From: Candidatus Electrothrix sp. GW3-4 | GTDB taxonomy: Bacteria; Desulfobacterota; Desulfobulbia; Desulfobulbales; Desulfobulbaceae | DNA length: 32,000 bases | Assembly: GCF_037902255.1 (NCBI RefSeq) | Contig: NZ_CP147990.1 | Location: 2,340,001-2,372,000 of the forward strand | Direction: 5' to 3' | Part shown: piece after piece, positions 17,739 through 26,091 of the stretch | How positions within the stretch are numbered: the stretch's first letter is position 1 | Layout of the letters: the number at the start of each line of letters is the position of its first letter | Position numbers and translations under genes: made by a program | Notes under the pieces: model-generated | What the model saw: only the letters and a program-made list of their open reading frames with translations | Told to the model about the DNA's origin: nothing | The model's database searches: none

Positions 17739-18229
17739 AATTTTTTCTCAGCAGGGGCAAAACAGAGGAGCGGGCTCAGGCGGGCGGTCAGCTTGGGGCC
17801 AATCCCTTTGACCCGGATAAAATCATCCGGCCCGGTAATCGGTCCCTGCTCTTCCCGAAAGGCAATAATCCGTGCTGCCAACTTGGGACCGATCCCTGGC
17901 AGCAGCATCAGGCTTTCCTGGTCCGCCTGATTAACCGGCAAGGGGAGATTGAAGAGCTGGGTGATCTCCGGCGGAGCAGCATCGCAGGACATATCCGGGC
18001 TTATGGCAAGCGCACCAGGGGGTAGTGTAGCCTGACTCACCTGCTCTTGGGATGCGCCTTTGGGTACGCGAAGAATCTCTGCCTTGCCCCCGTCCTGGCC
18101 AGGGACAAGATAATACAGGGAGGCTTGATGCTCGGGCTCCGGGGAAAAACTGCTGAAGGCCAGGATCAGTACTCCCAGCAGCAGGAGGACCGGAACTCGA
18201 TAATCCCGTTCTGCGCGTTCTTCCGCCAC
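17735..18229 (-). CDS. ComEA-family helix-hairpin-helix DNA-binding protein
   Basis: 164 aa. An N-terminal TM segment is followed by tandem HhH motifs, LLPGIGPKLAARIIAFREEQGPI and VKGIGPKLTARL. Confidence 0.8.
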   Translation of the reverse strand: MAEERAERDYRVPVLLLLGVLILAFSSFSPEPEHQASLYYLVPGQDGGKAEILRVPKGASQEQVSQATLPPGALAISPDMSCDAAPPEITQLFNLPLPVNQADQESLMLLPGIGPKLAARIIAFREEQGPITGPDDFIRVKGIGPKLTARLSPLLCFAPAEKKL

Positions 18230-18257
18230 CAGCCCCTCTGGTCAATGCCCGTTGATG

Positions 18258-18860
18258 TTACTGTTCGATGTATTGACGAATCATGTGGATAGCCTCAGCA
18301 GAATCCCATTCAGCAGGCCCTTGGACCTTCTCTCGGATAATACCCTCTTTATCCAGGATAAAGGTCTCCGGCACCCCAGTGATGCCGTAGTTCATCCCCA
18401 CCTGATTACCTTCATCAATAAGAATGGGCAGGGTGATATCAAGCTGTTGGGCAAAGTCTTTGGCATTGCGGGCCTCATCACCATAGAGAACGGCCAGCAT
18501 CTTGAACTGATCCTGCGGTAGGGTGTTATAGAGATTCTGCATGGAAGGCATTTCGCTCACACAGGGAGGACACCAAGTGGCCCAGAAATTAAGAAAAACC
18601 ACCTGTCCCTTGAGCTGGGAAAGGGTCCAGGTTCGACCCTCAATATCGGTGAGGGTGAAATCCGGGGCCGGATTGCCCTGCACTGGCGGTCCATCGGGCT
18701 GCATGGTGACAACCCGTGGCATGGGTTCTTCGGATATCTTCTTCAGTGGAGTCTTCTCCTTGTCCTCCTGACCGCAGGCAGCAAGAAAGAACGTAAGACC
18801 AAGGATCAGGAGAAAAAATACTGTTTTTTGCATATCAACAAATTGCTTCAACGAAGGCAT
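18258..18860 (-). CDS. TlpA/ResA-like thiol:disulfide oxidoreductase, probable lipoprotein
   Basis: It has the redoxin motif VVFLNFWATWCPPCVSEMP and the lipobox-like signal LTFFLAAC. An alternative start at MQKTVFF (18833) is equally plausible. Confidence 0.85.
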   Translation of the reverse strand: MPSLKQFVDMQKTVFFLLILGLTFFLAACGQEDKEKTPLKKISEEPMPRVVTMQPDGPPVQGNPAPDFTLTDIEGRTWTLSQLKGQVVFLNFWATWCPPCVSEMPSMQNLYNTLPQDQFKMLAVLYGDEARNAKDFAQQLDITLPILIDEGNQVGMNYGITGVPETFILDKEGIIREKVQGPAEWDSAEAIHMIRQYIEQ

Positions 18861-18916
18861 ATTGTGCTCTGTAAAATAATCTTTCAGAACGGATTATAAA
18901 AAAATCCGTCCCCTTA

Positions 18917-19510
18917 TCAGGAAAACGCCACCCGAATATTTTTATCGCTCAATTTTTTTATTACAAATCCAAAGAGTGAAGACATAAAGAGTGAAGACAT
19001 AACAACAACCATAAATACCGATGCAATCTTCATAATCCACATCATATTTTGAAACTCCGGTGGAGGGGCTTGGGCACCAGCAAATTCAGGCATTGAGTGA
19101 AACATTGTAAACTGAAGCACCATCCCTAACACATTCCAGGCTATTCCCAGCAACATGATAACGATGAAAACTATGCGTGCCCAATTCTTTCTCTTGAGTA
19201 ATCCAATAGAGGAGATAAAGGTGATTGCTGAAACCACCAAAAAAAAGATGAGAAGCAAATCAAAGTGGTTGAACATAAAGTTAACAACGGCAGGAATCTG
19301 TTCGCCTTGTTCGGTATGTTGAAAGGCTTGATTCATTTCTTCTCTTGGGAAGAGCGTGTGAAACATTATGTTTTGAAGGATACTGATAAAGGTTGCAAAG
19401 CCGCTGATGACAATAAAAATCCAGGCAACGACACTCACAAAGGTAGATCTTTGTGGTTTATCTGACTGTACTTGAACTTCACTGTCCATTACTTCTCCCA
19501 TATTTTTCAT
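18917..19510 (-). CDS. hypothetical integral membrane protein (about 4 TM segments)
   Basis: 197 aa with four long hydrophobic stretches (e.g. FVSVVAWIFIVISGFATFISIL, IVFIVIMLLGIAWNVLGMVL). It is packed co-directionally between flanking genes. No family was recognised. Confidence 0.6.
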   Translation of the reverse strand: MKNMGEVMDSEVQVQSDKPQRSTFVSVVAWIFIVISGFATFISILQNIMFHTLFPREEMNQAFQHTEQGEQIPAVVNFMFNHFDLLLIFFLVVSAITFISSIGLLKRKNWARIVFIVIMLLGIAWNVLGMVLQFTMFHSMPEFAGAQAPPPEFQNMMWIMKIASVFMVVVMSSLFMSSLFGFVIKKLSDKNIRVAFS

Positions 19511-19519
19511 CCTCCACTC

Positions 19520-19939
19520 CTACAATTCACTGGCCGAGGATATTCCTGAACGTCCCTTATATCGGGCCAAGAAGGCGGCAAAATCCCAGTCCATCGAATC
19601 AAGGCGATGAAGGAACTCCGACCGAACCACATAGACCTCTGCTTGCAGTAGAGTATCTAGCAGAGTACCCTCTTCCAAGGCGACCTGGACCTGCTCACGG
19701 GCATACATCTCTCCCTCAAAGCGATCAAGGGATGCCCAGGCCGAATCCGGCAGATCCTGGTACAGACAGCCCTGCACCCGGCCACCTGTATCGAGAAAGA
19801 CCCCGGGATAACTCGCCCCCTGAATGGCCCGACGGGTATACCCCTGGAGGGTGGCCGGGACCGGGGTTGGTGGGCTGCAGCCGGATATCTCCTGCAGAAG
19901 CTCTGCGCACATCAGGGTGCCATAGGCAAAGAGATGCAT
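19520..19939 (-). CDS. gamma-glutamylcyclotransferase-like (GGACT/AIG2-like) protein
   Basis: 139 aa. It starts MHLFAYGTLM (the family YGTL motif), has an acidic LDRFEGEMY block, and is the expected size. Confidence 0.75.
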   Translation of the reverse strand: MHLFAYGTLMCAELLQEISGCSPPTPVPATLQGYTRRAIQGASYPGVFLDTGGRVQGCLYQDLPDSAWASLDRFEGEMYAREQVQVALEEGTLLDTLLQAEVYVVRSEFLHRLDSMDWDFAAFLARYKGRSGISSASEL

Positions 19940-19951
19940 AGTCGGACGTCC

Positions 19952-21541
19952 TTAGGCATTTTTCAGGGCGTCTTTCATCAGCTTATAGTTCACTGCATCC
20001 TCCAGGGCCTGCCAGCTGGCCTCTATGATATTAAAGGCAACCCCCACCGTACTCCACTGGCTCTCAGCATCCTGACTGTCAATCAATACCCGCACCTTGG
20101 CCCCGGTCCCGTGCTCTCCGGTTAAAACGCGTACCTTATAGTCAGCCAGCTCCATCTCCTCTAAGCGGGGATAAAAACGAAGCAGGGCCTTGCGCATAGC
20201 TTTATCCAGGGCATTGACCGGACCGTTACCCAACGAGGCCGTATGAGCCTCTTCGCTGTCTACTGTCAGGCGAATAGTGGCCTCGGTCAGCGACTCCGCA
20301 TCCATCCGGTACTTATTATTCATCACCCGGAAGCCTTCCAGAGTAAAGAAACGGGGTTTGATGCCCATTGCCCGCCGCATGAGCAGCTCAAAGCTGGCCT
20401 CAGCACCTTCGTACTGGAAGCCCTGGTTTTCCAGTTCTTTCAGATCCTGAATGATCTGGGTCATGGCCGGATCATCGGCCTTGAGATTGAGGCCGTACTT
20501 CACTGCCTTGTGCAGGACATTGGACTTGCCCGCCTGATCCGAGATCAGGATACGGCGGATATTGCCCACTTTTTCCGGCTCAATATGCTCATAGGTGATG
20601 GGGTTGCGCTGCACCGCACTGACGTGGATGCCACCCTTATGGGCAAAGGCAGATTCACCTACATAAGGCTGATAACGATTATGGGGCAGGTTGGCCAGCT
20701 CGTTGATCAGACGGGAGGTGGAGTAGAGCTTGTCGATATGCTTGCCCACCTCGGCCTCATGGCCCATCTTGCAGACCACTGCCGGGATGATGGAGGTCAG
20801 GTTGGCATTCCCGCAGCGCTCACCATAGCCGTTCATGGTGCCCTGCACCTGGGTACACCCTAAAGAGATGCCCAACAGGGCATTGGCCACTGCTGTCTCC
20901 GAGTCATTATGGGGATGAATACCGATCCGGGCGCTGCTGCCCTGTTCTGCCAGGAACTGTTTCACCCGTTCAATGATGGGCGGGATCTCATGGGGCAGGG
21001 TTCCGCCGTTGGTATCGCAGAGGGCCAGGGTCTCAGCCCCGCCCTTGATGGCCCGTTCCAGGGTGGCCAGGCAGTATTCCCGGTTATTCTTAAAGCCGTC
21101 AAAGAAATGCTCCGCATCATAGATCAGATGCCGGACATGGGGACGGAGATAGGCCAGCGAATCTTCAATAATCAGCAGATTGTCTTCCAGCTCAATACGC
21201 AGGGCATCATGAACATGGATATCCCAGCTCTTGCCAAAGATGGTAATGGCCGGGGTTTTGGCCGCCACCAGGGCCTGCAGGTTGGGGTCCTGATCTGCAG
21301 GATTCTGAAAATGGCGGGTGGCACCAAAGGCCGAAAGTTGGGCGTGCCCAAGTTCCACGCCCTTCATCCGCTCAAAATACTCCACTGCCAGGGGATTGGA
21401 ACCGGGCCAGCCACCTTCGATAAAATCAATACCCAGCTTATCCAGCTGCCTGGTGATCTTGATCTTATCATCAACTGACAGGTTAAAGTTCTCGGCCTGG
21501 GTTCCGTCCCGGAGGGTGGTATCGTAAAATTCTATGGTCAT
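19952..21541 (-). CDS. cimA: (R)-citramalate synthase (LeuA-family, CimA type)
   Basis: 529 aa. It has FYDTTLRDGTQAENFNLSVDDKI, the HxH metal site IGIHPHNDSETAVANAL, and the C-terminal LeuA-dimer regulatory domain. The length matches deltaproteobacterial CimA. Confidence 0.9.
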   Translation of the reverse strand: MTIEFYDTTLRDGTQAENFNLSVDDKIKITRQLDKLGIDFIEGGWPGSNPLAVEYFERMKGVELGHAQLSAFGATRHFQNPADQDPNLQALVAAKTPAITIFGKSWDIHVHDALRIELEDNLLIIEDSLAYLRPHVRHLIYDAEHFFDGFKNNREYCLATLERAIKGGAETLALCDTNGGTLPHEIPPIIERVKQFLAEQGSSARIGIHPHNDSETAVANALLGISLGCTQVQGTMNGYGERCGNANLTSIIPAVVCKMGHEAEVGKHIDKLYSTSRLINELANLPHNRYQPYVGESAFAHKGGIHVSAVQRNPITYEHIEPEKVGNIRRILISDQAGKSNVLHKAVKYGLNLKADDPAMTQIIQDLKELENQGFQYEGAEASFELLMRRAMGIKPRFFTLEGFRVMNNKYRMDAESLTEATIRLTVDSEEAHTASLGNGPVNALDKAMRKALLRFYPRLEEMELADYKVRVLTGEHGTGAKVRVLIDSQDAESQWSTVGVAFNIIEASWQALEDAVNYKLMKDALKNA

Positions 21542-22126
21542 ATTATTATATCCCTTTCGTAATCAGGTCTCTTTTCTCACTCAGTAAAAAAGGTATCATA
21601 CAACAGTTCTGCTAAAATTCAATTCGCTTTTTCACTATCTCAGAGCAGTGCTGTCACGGTGTTACTGGGCTCGTTTTCGTCCGTCTTATGGACCGCAACA
21701 ACTCGATTCGCCCACTTCTTGCTGAGCTCCTGATTATTCAGGGCAAGCTCGGTATCCAGCATCGACCATAAACCATTATTCGCTGGTCAGTTTATAGTGT
21801 GAGAGGCCTAAAAAATAACTGACTCAGCCCACATTAGATCATTTGAGATAGATTGATAAGGCCTAATTCGCACCAATCGCACCAAAAGCCCCTCCTTACG
21901 CCCTCCCCCAACGGGCCTTTTTCACAACTTTTATTTTTTTAACCGCCCAAAGGGCCGTCGTCCTCTACCTGCATCACACTCCCCCTTTTCCCCCCGTTTT
22001 ATCGCCATTGTATTTTATCAAAAATAAAAGTATAAAATGCTATACAAGGTACAAAAAATACATATCATGTGAGACAATGCGGTAACAGCCTTAATATTCC
22101 GACTTCTCAATGAAAAAAATACAAGG

Positions 22127-22765
22127 ATGGATTTTGCAATGACAGCATACGAGCAAAAAATAGAGGCCTTTGAAAGATCTCTTCAAATGATTGAAGAATG
22201 TGTTCAAAATGGATCGTTACATGTTCCCGAAAGATCATTTCATGCGCTTTATAATACATATGAAATGTTGGTTGATATGTCCCCTTTCCCTGAGGAATTA
22301 AGGATAATTGATTTTATGTCCCGTAAGGTTACGAATTCTCGGGCTAGTTCAAAAAACTTATCATTACCAGATGCTATTCATGAAGAAACAGAAAAACGCC
22401 TATACCAAAGAATACAGCTAGATGGCTATACAGCAGATATCATCCAAGGCGGTTGTGCGTACACTGCTTCTGTCCAGGACGTCTCACTTAAAGGTATCCA
22501 GCTGCATGATCTGCCTGCGAGATTTTATTCGATCCAGGAGGAAAAGTTTACAGTTATCATCTCTAACCTGTTTGACTCTATACATTATAAACTGAAAGCG
22601 TATTCTAAATGGAGAAAGGTAAATGGCAGATCCGTCGCTGTTGGCTTGCACCTTGTCGATGCCCCTACCGCCTGGAATAAACTCATCAATATGATAATTC
22701 CTGAGAACGATTTTGAACCTGCTGAAGAGGGTGCCTGGGATCAATATACAGCGGCTAGAGTTTGA
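22127..22765 (+). CDS. PilZ-domain (c-di-GMP receptor-type) protein with an unassigned N-terminal helical domain
   Basis: 212 aa. The C-terminal half carries RLYQR (RxxxR) followed by DVSLKG (DxSxxG), the two PilZ signature motifs at typical spacing. The start could be the second ATG (22139). The gene is A/T-rich. Confidence 0.7.
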   Translation: MDFAMTAYEQKIEAFERSLQMIEECVQNGSLHVPERSFHALYNTYEMLVDMSPFPEELRIIDFMSRKVTNSRASSKNLSLPDAIHEETEKRLYQRIQLDGYTADIIQGGCAYTASVQDVSLKGIQLHDLPARFYSIQEEKFTVIISNLFDSIHYKLKAYSKWRKVNGRSVAVGLHLVDAPTAWNKLINMIIPENDFEPAEEGAWDQYTAARV

Positions 22766-22868
22766 CCTGACTTTCTGGCAGGATGTGTATAAGTGGTCTT
22801 TAATCAAGGACCTTATCAAAAGGTCGCTGAGTTTACTAAAGTTTACGTAAGGCCTTTTTCGACACCTC

Positions 22869-22908
22869 ACCGGGCGCGTGCTCTGCACGTGACCCGGTTT
22901 TCTTTTTT
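22869..22908 (+). terminator. rho-independent terminator after the PilZ gene
   Basis: A GC-rich hairpin ACCGGGCGCGTGC-TCT-GCACGTGACCCGGT (22869-22898) is followed directly by TTTTCTTTTTT. Confidence 0.55.
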
Positions 22909-23126
22909 CCGCCTCTTGGACTCAGGCCCACTCACAACAGCATCTGCATCCCGCCCTGTAATCCCCATCAGGGCGCGATATAATTCGCTCTGTGATACCG
23001 GAAGATTGAAAAATCCCCTTGTCTCCCCCAAAAAAAATTGACATTTTTTTTATTCACCTTATTTTTTATATAAAGCCTGCACTATCAAAAGCGGGTAGTT
23101 GACTTTCTCGGCAGAAGAGAAAACTC

Positions 23127-23228
23127 TCCTGTGTCAGAAAGTTGTAAAGCCACAGCCGTCGTGAGGCGGTGTCGGAAAGCCACGGGTCTCCAGCGAGGAG
23201 GCAGCCGGGTTGTCTTCTTTCATTTTTT
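23127..23228 (+). promoter_or_regulatory. candidate GEMM-I-like (cyclic dinucleotide) riboswitch with a terminator-like expression platform
   Basis: Two AAAGCC boxes (23146-23151, 23176-23181) flank a hairpin capped by the GNRA tetraloop GUGA (CCGUC-GUGA-GGCGG, 23156-23169). These are followed by GGAAAGCCACGGGUC...GGCAGCCGGGUUGUC. From memory this resembles the GEMM-I blocks GCAAAGCC-CGGG and GGUAGC-GGGGUUACC. A possible terminator is GAGGAGGCA (23195-23203) / UGUCUUCUU (23211-23219, 3 G-U pairs), then a run of six Ts (23223-23228). No covariance-model search was run. Confidence 0.35.
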
Positions 23229-23245
23229 ATACGAGGAGGTCTGCT

Positions 23246-23359
23246 GTGAAATCCACCAGAAGATTCAAGCGAAGCATCATCACGTTGGCATTCTTTTTCT
23301 TGCCACCATTCCCTTTGCCGTTCAGGCAACATTTTAGATTACGCAGACAAAAAGACTAA
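23246..23359 (+). CDS. possible 37-aa small basic/hydrophobic peptide
   Basis: The GTG lies 6 nt after a strong SD (GAGGAGG, 23233-23239). Translation: MKSTRRFKRSIITLAFFFLPPFPLPFRQHFRLRRQKD. It is too short for the ORF track and has no homology support. Confidence 0.3.
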   Translation: MKSTRRFKRSIITLAFFFLPPFPLPFRQHFRLRRQKD

Positions 23360-23665
23360 CAGTTTTTTATATCAGCTGCTGGTTGCGGGATAACTACGCC
23401 TTGAGCTGAGCGACCCTGAAGAGGATTTGCTCGCGGCCAGCATCTTAATACGGCTCATACATCCGTAAAATTTCCATATATAAAAGCACATCAAGGCAAG
23501 TATTTTTTATAGGTTGCAGCAGAAAGACAATAATACCTCTGATGGCAAGAAGCAGAGAGAAGAGCAAGGCATTACAGGAGACACGAACAAGGTGCATCCT
23601 ATTAATTCCCATAGTACAGAGGCGTAACATCAGTTACGTAGAACAAACAACAAGGAGGTCAAAGG

Positions 23666-24646
23666 ATGAAAAAAGTATTGAGAACGTTGCTGATCGTCAG
23701 TGTGTTCATGTTGTACAGCCAATCAATTTTTTGTGCAGAAGAAATTTCGAATGAAGCGGAACCGACTGACGACAATACTGTGACAGATGTGGTTAAGGAG
23801 ACATCAGAAAACAAGTTTAATGATCGCGAACGGCTTGTCCAGACGCTCCTGGGAAACCTGCTCCCTGATGAAAGTGAGTCCCCCGATAATACGGGCAACA
23901 TTGAGAAGCCGGGTAATGATGACGATCCGCTAACGGAAGCAGAGGCGACGGCCTTTGTTGAACAGCTATCGAACGAACAGGTTTTCGCGTTCAATCGTTC
24001 ATTGAACAACGCAGTGAATAATGGGCTGGAGATCAAATTCGACAAGGAGGAGCTGGAAAAGGCTGAGAATTATACCGGCCAGCAGATTAATGCGCTGACC
24101 AAGGCCATGGAAGAAGAGGCCAAATTTCTAGCCTTGTTCGAGAAAACCGGCAATGAGAAATTTCAGGAACGGGCTGAGCGTCAAAAAGAAAAATTTTTAT
24201 CTAAAATAGATAAATTCCAAGACACTGACGATTCAGCATCAGCACTAGAGTCCGGTGATGCAGTGAAAAATAACGTAAAAGAAGAGGCCAAGGCAAGGGC
24301 AAAAGATACTGCCAAGCAAGCTGCACAGAAGGCTGCCAAGGAAGCGGCCAAAGCAGCTGCAAAGGAAGCTGCTCATGAGGCAGCCCAAGAGGTTGTTAAA
24401 GAAGCGGCCAACACGGCGAAAAAAGAGAGTGTGAAGGAAAGACAGGCAGAGAAAATAGTCGAAAGAGAGGCCGCTAAAGCCGCACGAGACGAGGCTAAAG
24501 ATGCTGCCAAAGCCGAGAAGGATGCAGCGAAAGATGCTGCCAAAACCGAGAGGGATGCAGCGAAAGCCGAAAGAGACGCTGCGAAAGATGCTGCCAAAAC
24601 CGAGAGGGATGCAGCGAAAGCCGAAAAGACCGCTAACAAGAAATAA
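23666..24646 (+). CDS. secreted acidic protein with a C-terminal Lys/Ala/Glu-rich amphipathic repeat region
   Basis: A strong RBS AAGGAGG lies 7 nt upstream. The signal peptide is MKKVLRTLLIVSVFMLYSQSIFCAEE. The C-terminal ~110 aa are AKxAAK-type repeats (AKDAAKTERDAAKAERDAAK...). The antisense ORFs here are composition artefacts. Confidence 0.75.
   Translation: MKKVLRTLLIVSVFMLYSQSIFCAEEISNEAEPTDDNTVTDVVKETSENKFNDRERLVQTLLGNLLPDESESPDNTGNIEKPGNDDDPLTEAEATAFVEQLSNEQVFAFNRSLNNAVNNGLEIKFDKEELEKAENYTGQQINALTKAMEEEAKFLALFEKTGNEKFQERAERQKEKFLSKIDKFQDTDDSASALESGDAVKNNVKEEAKARAKDTAKQAAQKAAKEAAKAAAKEAAHEAAQEVVKEAANTAKKESVKERQAEKIVEREAAKAARDEAKDAAKAEKDAAKDAAKTERDAAKAERDAAKDAAKTERDAAKAEKTANKK
24491..24634 (+). 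repeat. 54-bp (18-codon) tandem repeat inside the secreted-protein gene
   Basis: Copies at 24527-24580 and 24581-24634 share their first 46 nt (GCGAAAGATGCTGCCAAAACCGAGAGGGATGCAGCGAAAGCCGAAA). A more diverged partial copy precedes them. Confidence 0.7.
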
Positions 24647-24689
24647 GAACAACCTGAATACATAAACCCCTGCAGGCAGGACAATCATT

Positions 24690-25985
24690 ATGAAGATGAA
24701 GAAACAAGACTCGAAGAAAACTTTCCAAATTTTGATATTGGTTGCCCTGCTTGCATGCATGGCAGGCGTAGCTTGCGCTGCAACAGATGGGCAGGCGGCA
24801 TTTGACAACGGATTGACATTGTTCAAAAATAGGGCGTTCAACAAGGCTCGACAATCGTTTGCAGCCTCTCTTCAGGCCAATCCCGATAATGCAGAGGCCC
24901 ATTTTTTTACAGGACTTGCACTCCAGGAAGAAGAACAATTCAGTCAATCAATTCCTTATCTTGAAGAGGCTATGATGCTGGATCCCGACTATGCCCAGAT
25001 GTCGCTCTATTATATAGGACGTGCCTATTACCAGACCGAACAGGGTCCACTTGCCCAGGAGAGCTTACGACAAGCCGTCGCTGTGGATCCGACATCAGAA
25101 ATCGGTCAATTAGCCCAAGATCTTTCAGCTGCTGGCTTGACAGGTAGTGGCCAGACCAATAAGCGATGGTGGTTGCAAGCTGAAATGGGCTATGAGTACA
25201 ACGACAACCTTACCGTGGAACAGACCGATACAGTCAGTGACGAGGCGGATCATGCCGCAATCATTGAGATCGGCGGAGGGTTCAAGTTGCTGAATCAACT
25301 ATTTAACGGGGAAGTAACCTATGATTTTTACCAGAGCCTGTACAGCGAATATTCTCAATTCAATATGCAGTCCTACCGCGTTGGCGCTGCTGCGAGTCGC
25401 GACTTTGACATCTGGGACCTGAGCCTTGACTATGATTATACATATCTCTTTTTAGACAGTGACGAATTCATGGAGACACAAAGCCTCATGCCTGCTATCG
25501 GGCTGTCTTTTGCTGATCTGTACAGCAATGTAAGTTATATCTTGCAAACAAAAGATTTTTTAAACGATGAAGATGAACACCGGAACGCCATAAATCATTC
25601 CGGCGGCTTGGACCTTTATCTCCTTTCTTTAAAAATGATAGACATGATGTCTGTCGGGATTCGTTATGAATGTGAAGATGCCGAGGATAACGAGCTGGAT
25701 TACACAGGCCCTGTTTTCTCCGGTTCACTGCGGTTCACAATGCCTTGGGGCATCACGGTGCGCTCTTCCTATAAGTATCAGAGGAAACAGTACGAGAATA
25801 TGACGGTCGATATTGGCGAGGAACGGGAAGATAGTAAACAGACGCTCGGCGTAACGCTAACAAAGAAATTGCCTTATAGACTGAAACTGAAGGGCAGCTA
25901 TAAATATATTGACAGCGATTCCAACGCCCCCGTATCCGATTATCAGGAAAATACCGTTTTCCTGAGTTTGACGTATTCACTGTAA
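24690..25985 (+). CDS. outer-membrane protein: signal peptide, TPR domain and a ~14-strand beta-barrel (Slam/DUF560-like or YaiO-like architecture)
   Basis: 431 aa. The signal peptide ends ACAATDGQ. TPR-like hairpins span roughly aa 35-135 (FDNGLTLFKNRAFNKARQSF...NAEAHFFTGLAL...YYIGRAYYQ). After that come ~14 alternating-hydrophobic amphipathic strands (e.g. WWLQAEMGYEY, VTYDFYQSLY, LSLDYDYTYLF, VRSSYKYQRK, VFLSLTYSL). It lies 43 nt downstream of the previous gene. Confidence 0.7.
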   Translation: MKMKKQDSKKTFQILILVALLACMAGVACAATDGQAAFDNGLTLFKNRAFNKARQSFAASLQANPDNAEAHFFTGLALQEEEQFSQSIPYLEEAMMLDPDYAQMSLYYIGRAYYQTEQGPLAQESLRQAVAVDPTSEIGQLAQDLSAAGLTGSGQTNKRWWLQAEMGYEYNDNLTVEQTDTVSDEADHAAIIEIGGGFKLLNQLFNGEVTYDFYQSLYSEYSQFNMQSYRVGAAASRDFDIWDLSLDYDYTYLFLDSDEFMETQSLMPAIGLSFADLYSNVSYILQTKDFLNDEDEHRNAINHSGGLDLYLLSLKMIDMMSVGIRYECEDAEDNELDYTGPVFSGSLRFTMPWGITVRSSYKYQRKQYENMTVDIGEEREDSKQTLGVTLTKKLPYRLKLKGSYKYIDSDSNAPVSDYQENTVFLSLTYSL

Positions 25986-26043
25986 CTCAGCAGACTCAGC
26001 AGTAAGTGACCAGCTCGATTTAAGAGATGAGATAGAGTAGTTC

Positions 26044-26070
26044 AAAAAAGCCCGGAGGGTGACTCCGGGC
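26044..26070 (-). terminator. rho-independent terminator of lysC
   Basis: A perfect 8-bp stem GCCCGGAG (26050-26057) / CTCCGGGC (26063-26070) with a 5-nt loop. The A6 run on the + strand gives a U6 tract on the minus-strand transcript, 22 nt after the lysC stop. Confidence 0.65.
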
Positions 26071-26091
26071 TGCGAGCAACATGAGAACGAC

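Noticed and set aside
20243-21478. Two long + strand ORFs (206 aa and 189 aa) inside cimA
   Set aside because: They are shadow ORFs opposite a well-conserved citramalate synthase frame.
21640-21762. 40-aa minus-strand ORF (MLDTELALNNQELSKKWANRVVAVHKTDENEPSNTVTALL) in the cimA leader, considered as an attenuation leader peptide or gene remnant
   Set aside because: It has no run of Ile, Leu or Val codons, no obvious RBS, and no alternative terminator/antiterminator pairing that I could find. The evidence is insufficient.
23038-23072. Perfect TTGACA at 23038-23043 as the promoter for the riboswitch-like element
   Set aside because: The nearest good -10 (TATATA at 23067-23072) is 23 nt away, which is too far for a sigma70 spacer. 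A weaker -10 may be used, but I cannot support the call.
24245-24844. 199-aa and 103-aa minus-strand ORFs over the Lys/Ala/Glu repeat
   Set aside because: They are produced by the GCN/AAR repeat composition. They give Leu/Phe/Ser/Cys-rich nonsense and bridge two well-supported + strand genes.
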